From NCBI GenBank assembly GCA_937148845.1, contig CAKZRW010000067.1:1-63455 (forward strand): 63,455 bases of DNA. The letters run 5' to 3'. Positions 61,810 through 63,455 of the stretch are shown here, in pieces; within the stretch, counting starts at the first letter, position 1, and the number at the start of each line of letters is the position of its first letter. Below the pieces are notes generated by a model. That model was not told the DNA's origin, made no database searches, and saw only the letters and a list, made by a program, of their open reading frames with translations. Both the position numbers and the translations under genes were made by a program. The DNA comes from an uncultured Actinomycetes bacterium (GTDB lineage: Bacteria; Actinomycetota; Thermoleophilia; RBG-16-64-13).

Positions 61810-62775
61810 TCACACGTCCGCGAACAGCGCGGTCGACAGATACCTTTCCCCTGCATCGGGCAGGATAACCACCATGGTCTTCCCCGCGAACTCCGGACGC
61901 TTGGCCAAGCGCACTGCTACCGCTGCCGCCGCCCCACTCGAAATGCCGCACAGGATGCCCTCTTCGCGAGCCAGTCTGCGCGCCATCTCGATAGCTTCTT
62001 CGTTCTCCACCGTCTCCACCCGGTCCACCAAGGAAAGATCGAGGTTCTTAGGGATGAACCCAGCGCCGATACCCTGAATCTTATGGGGCCCCGGCTTGAC
62101 CTCTTGGCCATTCAGGGTCTGGGTTATCACCGGACTGGCGGCCGGCTCCACCGCCACCGAGTAGAGCGGACGTCCCCTGACTTTCTCGAAGTAACGCGAC
62201 ACACCCGTAAGGGTCCCCCCCGTTCCCACACCGGCCACGAAAATGTCTACCTGGCCGTCGGTATCGGTCCATATCTCTGGGCCGGTGGTCCGCTCATGGA
62301 TGGCGGGATTGGCCGGGTTGTCGAACTGCTGAGGCATGAAGTAGCGCTCGGGATCGCTCGCCACTAGTTCTTCCGCCGCCCGGATGGCACCCTTCATCCC
62401 CTCGGCTCCCGGTGTGAGTAGCAGGTTGGCCCCCAAGAAGGCCAGCACTCTGCGCCGCTCCAGGCTCATAGTGTCAGGCATGGTCAGAGTCAATCTGTAA
62501 CCGCGGGCTGCGCACACGAAGGCCAGGGCGATACCCGTGTTGCCGCTGGTCGGCTCCACGATCTCGGTGTGCGGCTTGATGATGCCCTGCTCTTCGGCAT
62601 CCCAGATCATGGAGGCACCGATGCGGCACTTGACCGAGTAGGAGGGGTTGCGACCCTCGATCTTCCCGATCAGCGTGACCCCGTTCTTGGCGGCTTCGGC
62701 ACCTCCCACCCGGTTCAAACGCACCAACGGAGTGCGCCCGATCGACAAGGAATTGTCGCTAAATACTGTAGTCAT
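61810..62775 (-). CDS. cysK: Cysteine synthase A
   Basis: [61 protein letters not shown]. Confidence 0.96.
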   Translation of the reverse strand: MTTVFSDNSLSIGRTPLVRLNRVGGAEAAKNGVTLIGKIEGRNPSYSVKCRIGASMIWDAEEQGIIKPHTEIVEPTSGNTGIALAFVCAARGYRLTLTMPDTMSLERRRVLAFLGANLLLTPGAEGMKGAIRAAEELVASDPERYFMPQQFDNPANPAIHERTTGPEIWTDTDGQVDIFVAGVGTGGTLTGVSRYFEKVRGRPLYSVAVEPAASPVITQTLNGQEVKPGPHKIQGIGAGFIPKNLDLSLVDRVETVENEEAIEMARRLAREEGILCGISSGAAAAVAVRLAKRPEFAGKTMVVILPDAGERYLSTALFADV

Positions 62776-63455
62776 GCTGTTCTCCTTCGCTTGCGGCCCG
62801 CTGTGACACGGCTAGAGCCTGGTCCAGGTCAGCAAGGATGTCGTCGATATCTTCGAGCCCTACCGAGATACGGATAAGATCGGGCGTCACTCCTGCCCGT
62901 AGTTGCTCTTCGGGGGTGAGTTGCTGATGGGTGGTGCTGGCGGGGTGAATGACCAAGGTCTTGGCGTCAAGGACGTTCGCCAGATGGGAGGCCAGCTTGA
63001 CCGAGTTGACGAACCTCTTACCCGCTTCCAAACCACCTTTCACCCCAAAGCTGAGGATGGCTCCCGGCCCGAGCGGTAGGTATTTCTGCGCCCGCTCATA
63101 GTCGGGATGACTGGGAAGGCCGGCGTAATCTACCCAGCTGACTGCGGGATGGGCCGCCAAGAACTTGGCCACTGCCAGCGCGTTTTCAGCGTGTTTGCGT
63201 GCCCGTAGCGGCAAGGTCTCCAGACCCTGGATGAAGAGCCAGGCGTTGAACGGAGAAAGGGCCGCCCCCAGGTCGCGCAAGAGACCGGCCCTGATCTTGA
63301 GGACGTAGGCCAGTCCAGGCACGACCGCCTTGTCGTGATACCCGAAGGCTTCCCAGAAGTTGACCCCGTGGTACGCCGGGTCTGGCTCGGTGATCTCTGG
63401 GTATTTGCCCGCCGCCTTCCAGTCGATCGTTTTTTTGTTGATTACGGCTCCCCCG
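62759..63455 (-). CDS. metY: O-acetylhomoserine sulfhydrylase (5' part outside the window)
   Basis: [61 protein letters not shown]; frame open to window end. Confidence 0.88.
   Translation of the reverse strand, partial: GGAVINKKTIDWKAAGKYPEITEPDPAYHGVNFWEAFGYHDKAVVPGLAYVLKIRAGLLRDLGAALSPFNAWLFIQGLETLPLRARKHAENALAVAKFLAAHPAVSWVDYAGLPSHPDYERAQKYLPLGPGAILSFGVKGGLEAGKRFVNSVKLASHLANVLDAKTLVIHPASTTHQQLTPEEQLRAGVTPDLIRISVGLEDIDDILADLDQALAVSQRAASEGEQHDYSI

Overview
High-GC (roughly two-thirds G+C by eye) bacterial chromosomal segment; gene content and regulatory motifs suggest a deep-branching, probably anaerobic actinobacterium, Thermoleophilia-like (inference only). Mostly housekeeping: dnaE-hisD-hisB-hisH-hisA-hisF, leuC-leuD-leuB, ilvE-cimA, gdhA, metY-cysK-moeB/thiF, Feo iron uptake under a DtxR-family repressor, a Ni/Co ECF transporter under a Fur/Nur-like repressor, selD, two signalling modules and split LigD modules. 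No rRNA, tRNA, CRISPR array, transposase or integrase was recognised. Best candidate for an undescribed system: a parA-ftsZ pair that is translationally coupled, lacks the usual upstream dcw genes, and whose FtsZ carries an extra N-terminal peptide resembling ParA-activating peptides. Signals the ORF track misses: selenocysteine UGA plus SECIS hairpin in selD; an exact TTGCAA-N5-TTGCAA (Nur-type) operator over a promoter; a c-di-GMP-I riboswitch in front of a doubly frameshifted adhesin gene with a near-perfect 270-bp duplication; a lipoprotein gene interrupted by two in-frame TAGs next to a decayed subtilase remnant; a Trp-heptad exported protein; and several short intergenic tandem-repeat arrays. 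All calls come from reading the sequence and recalling family motifs; no searches were run.
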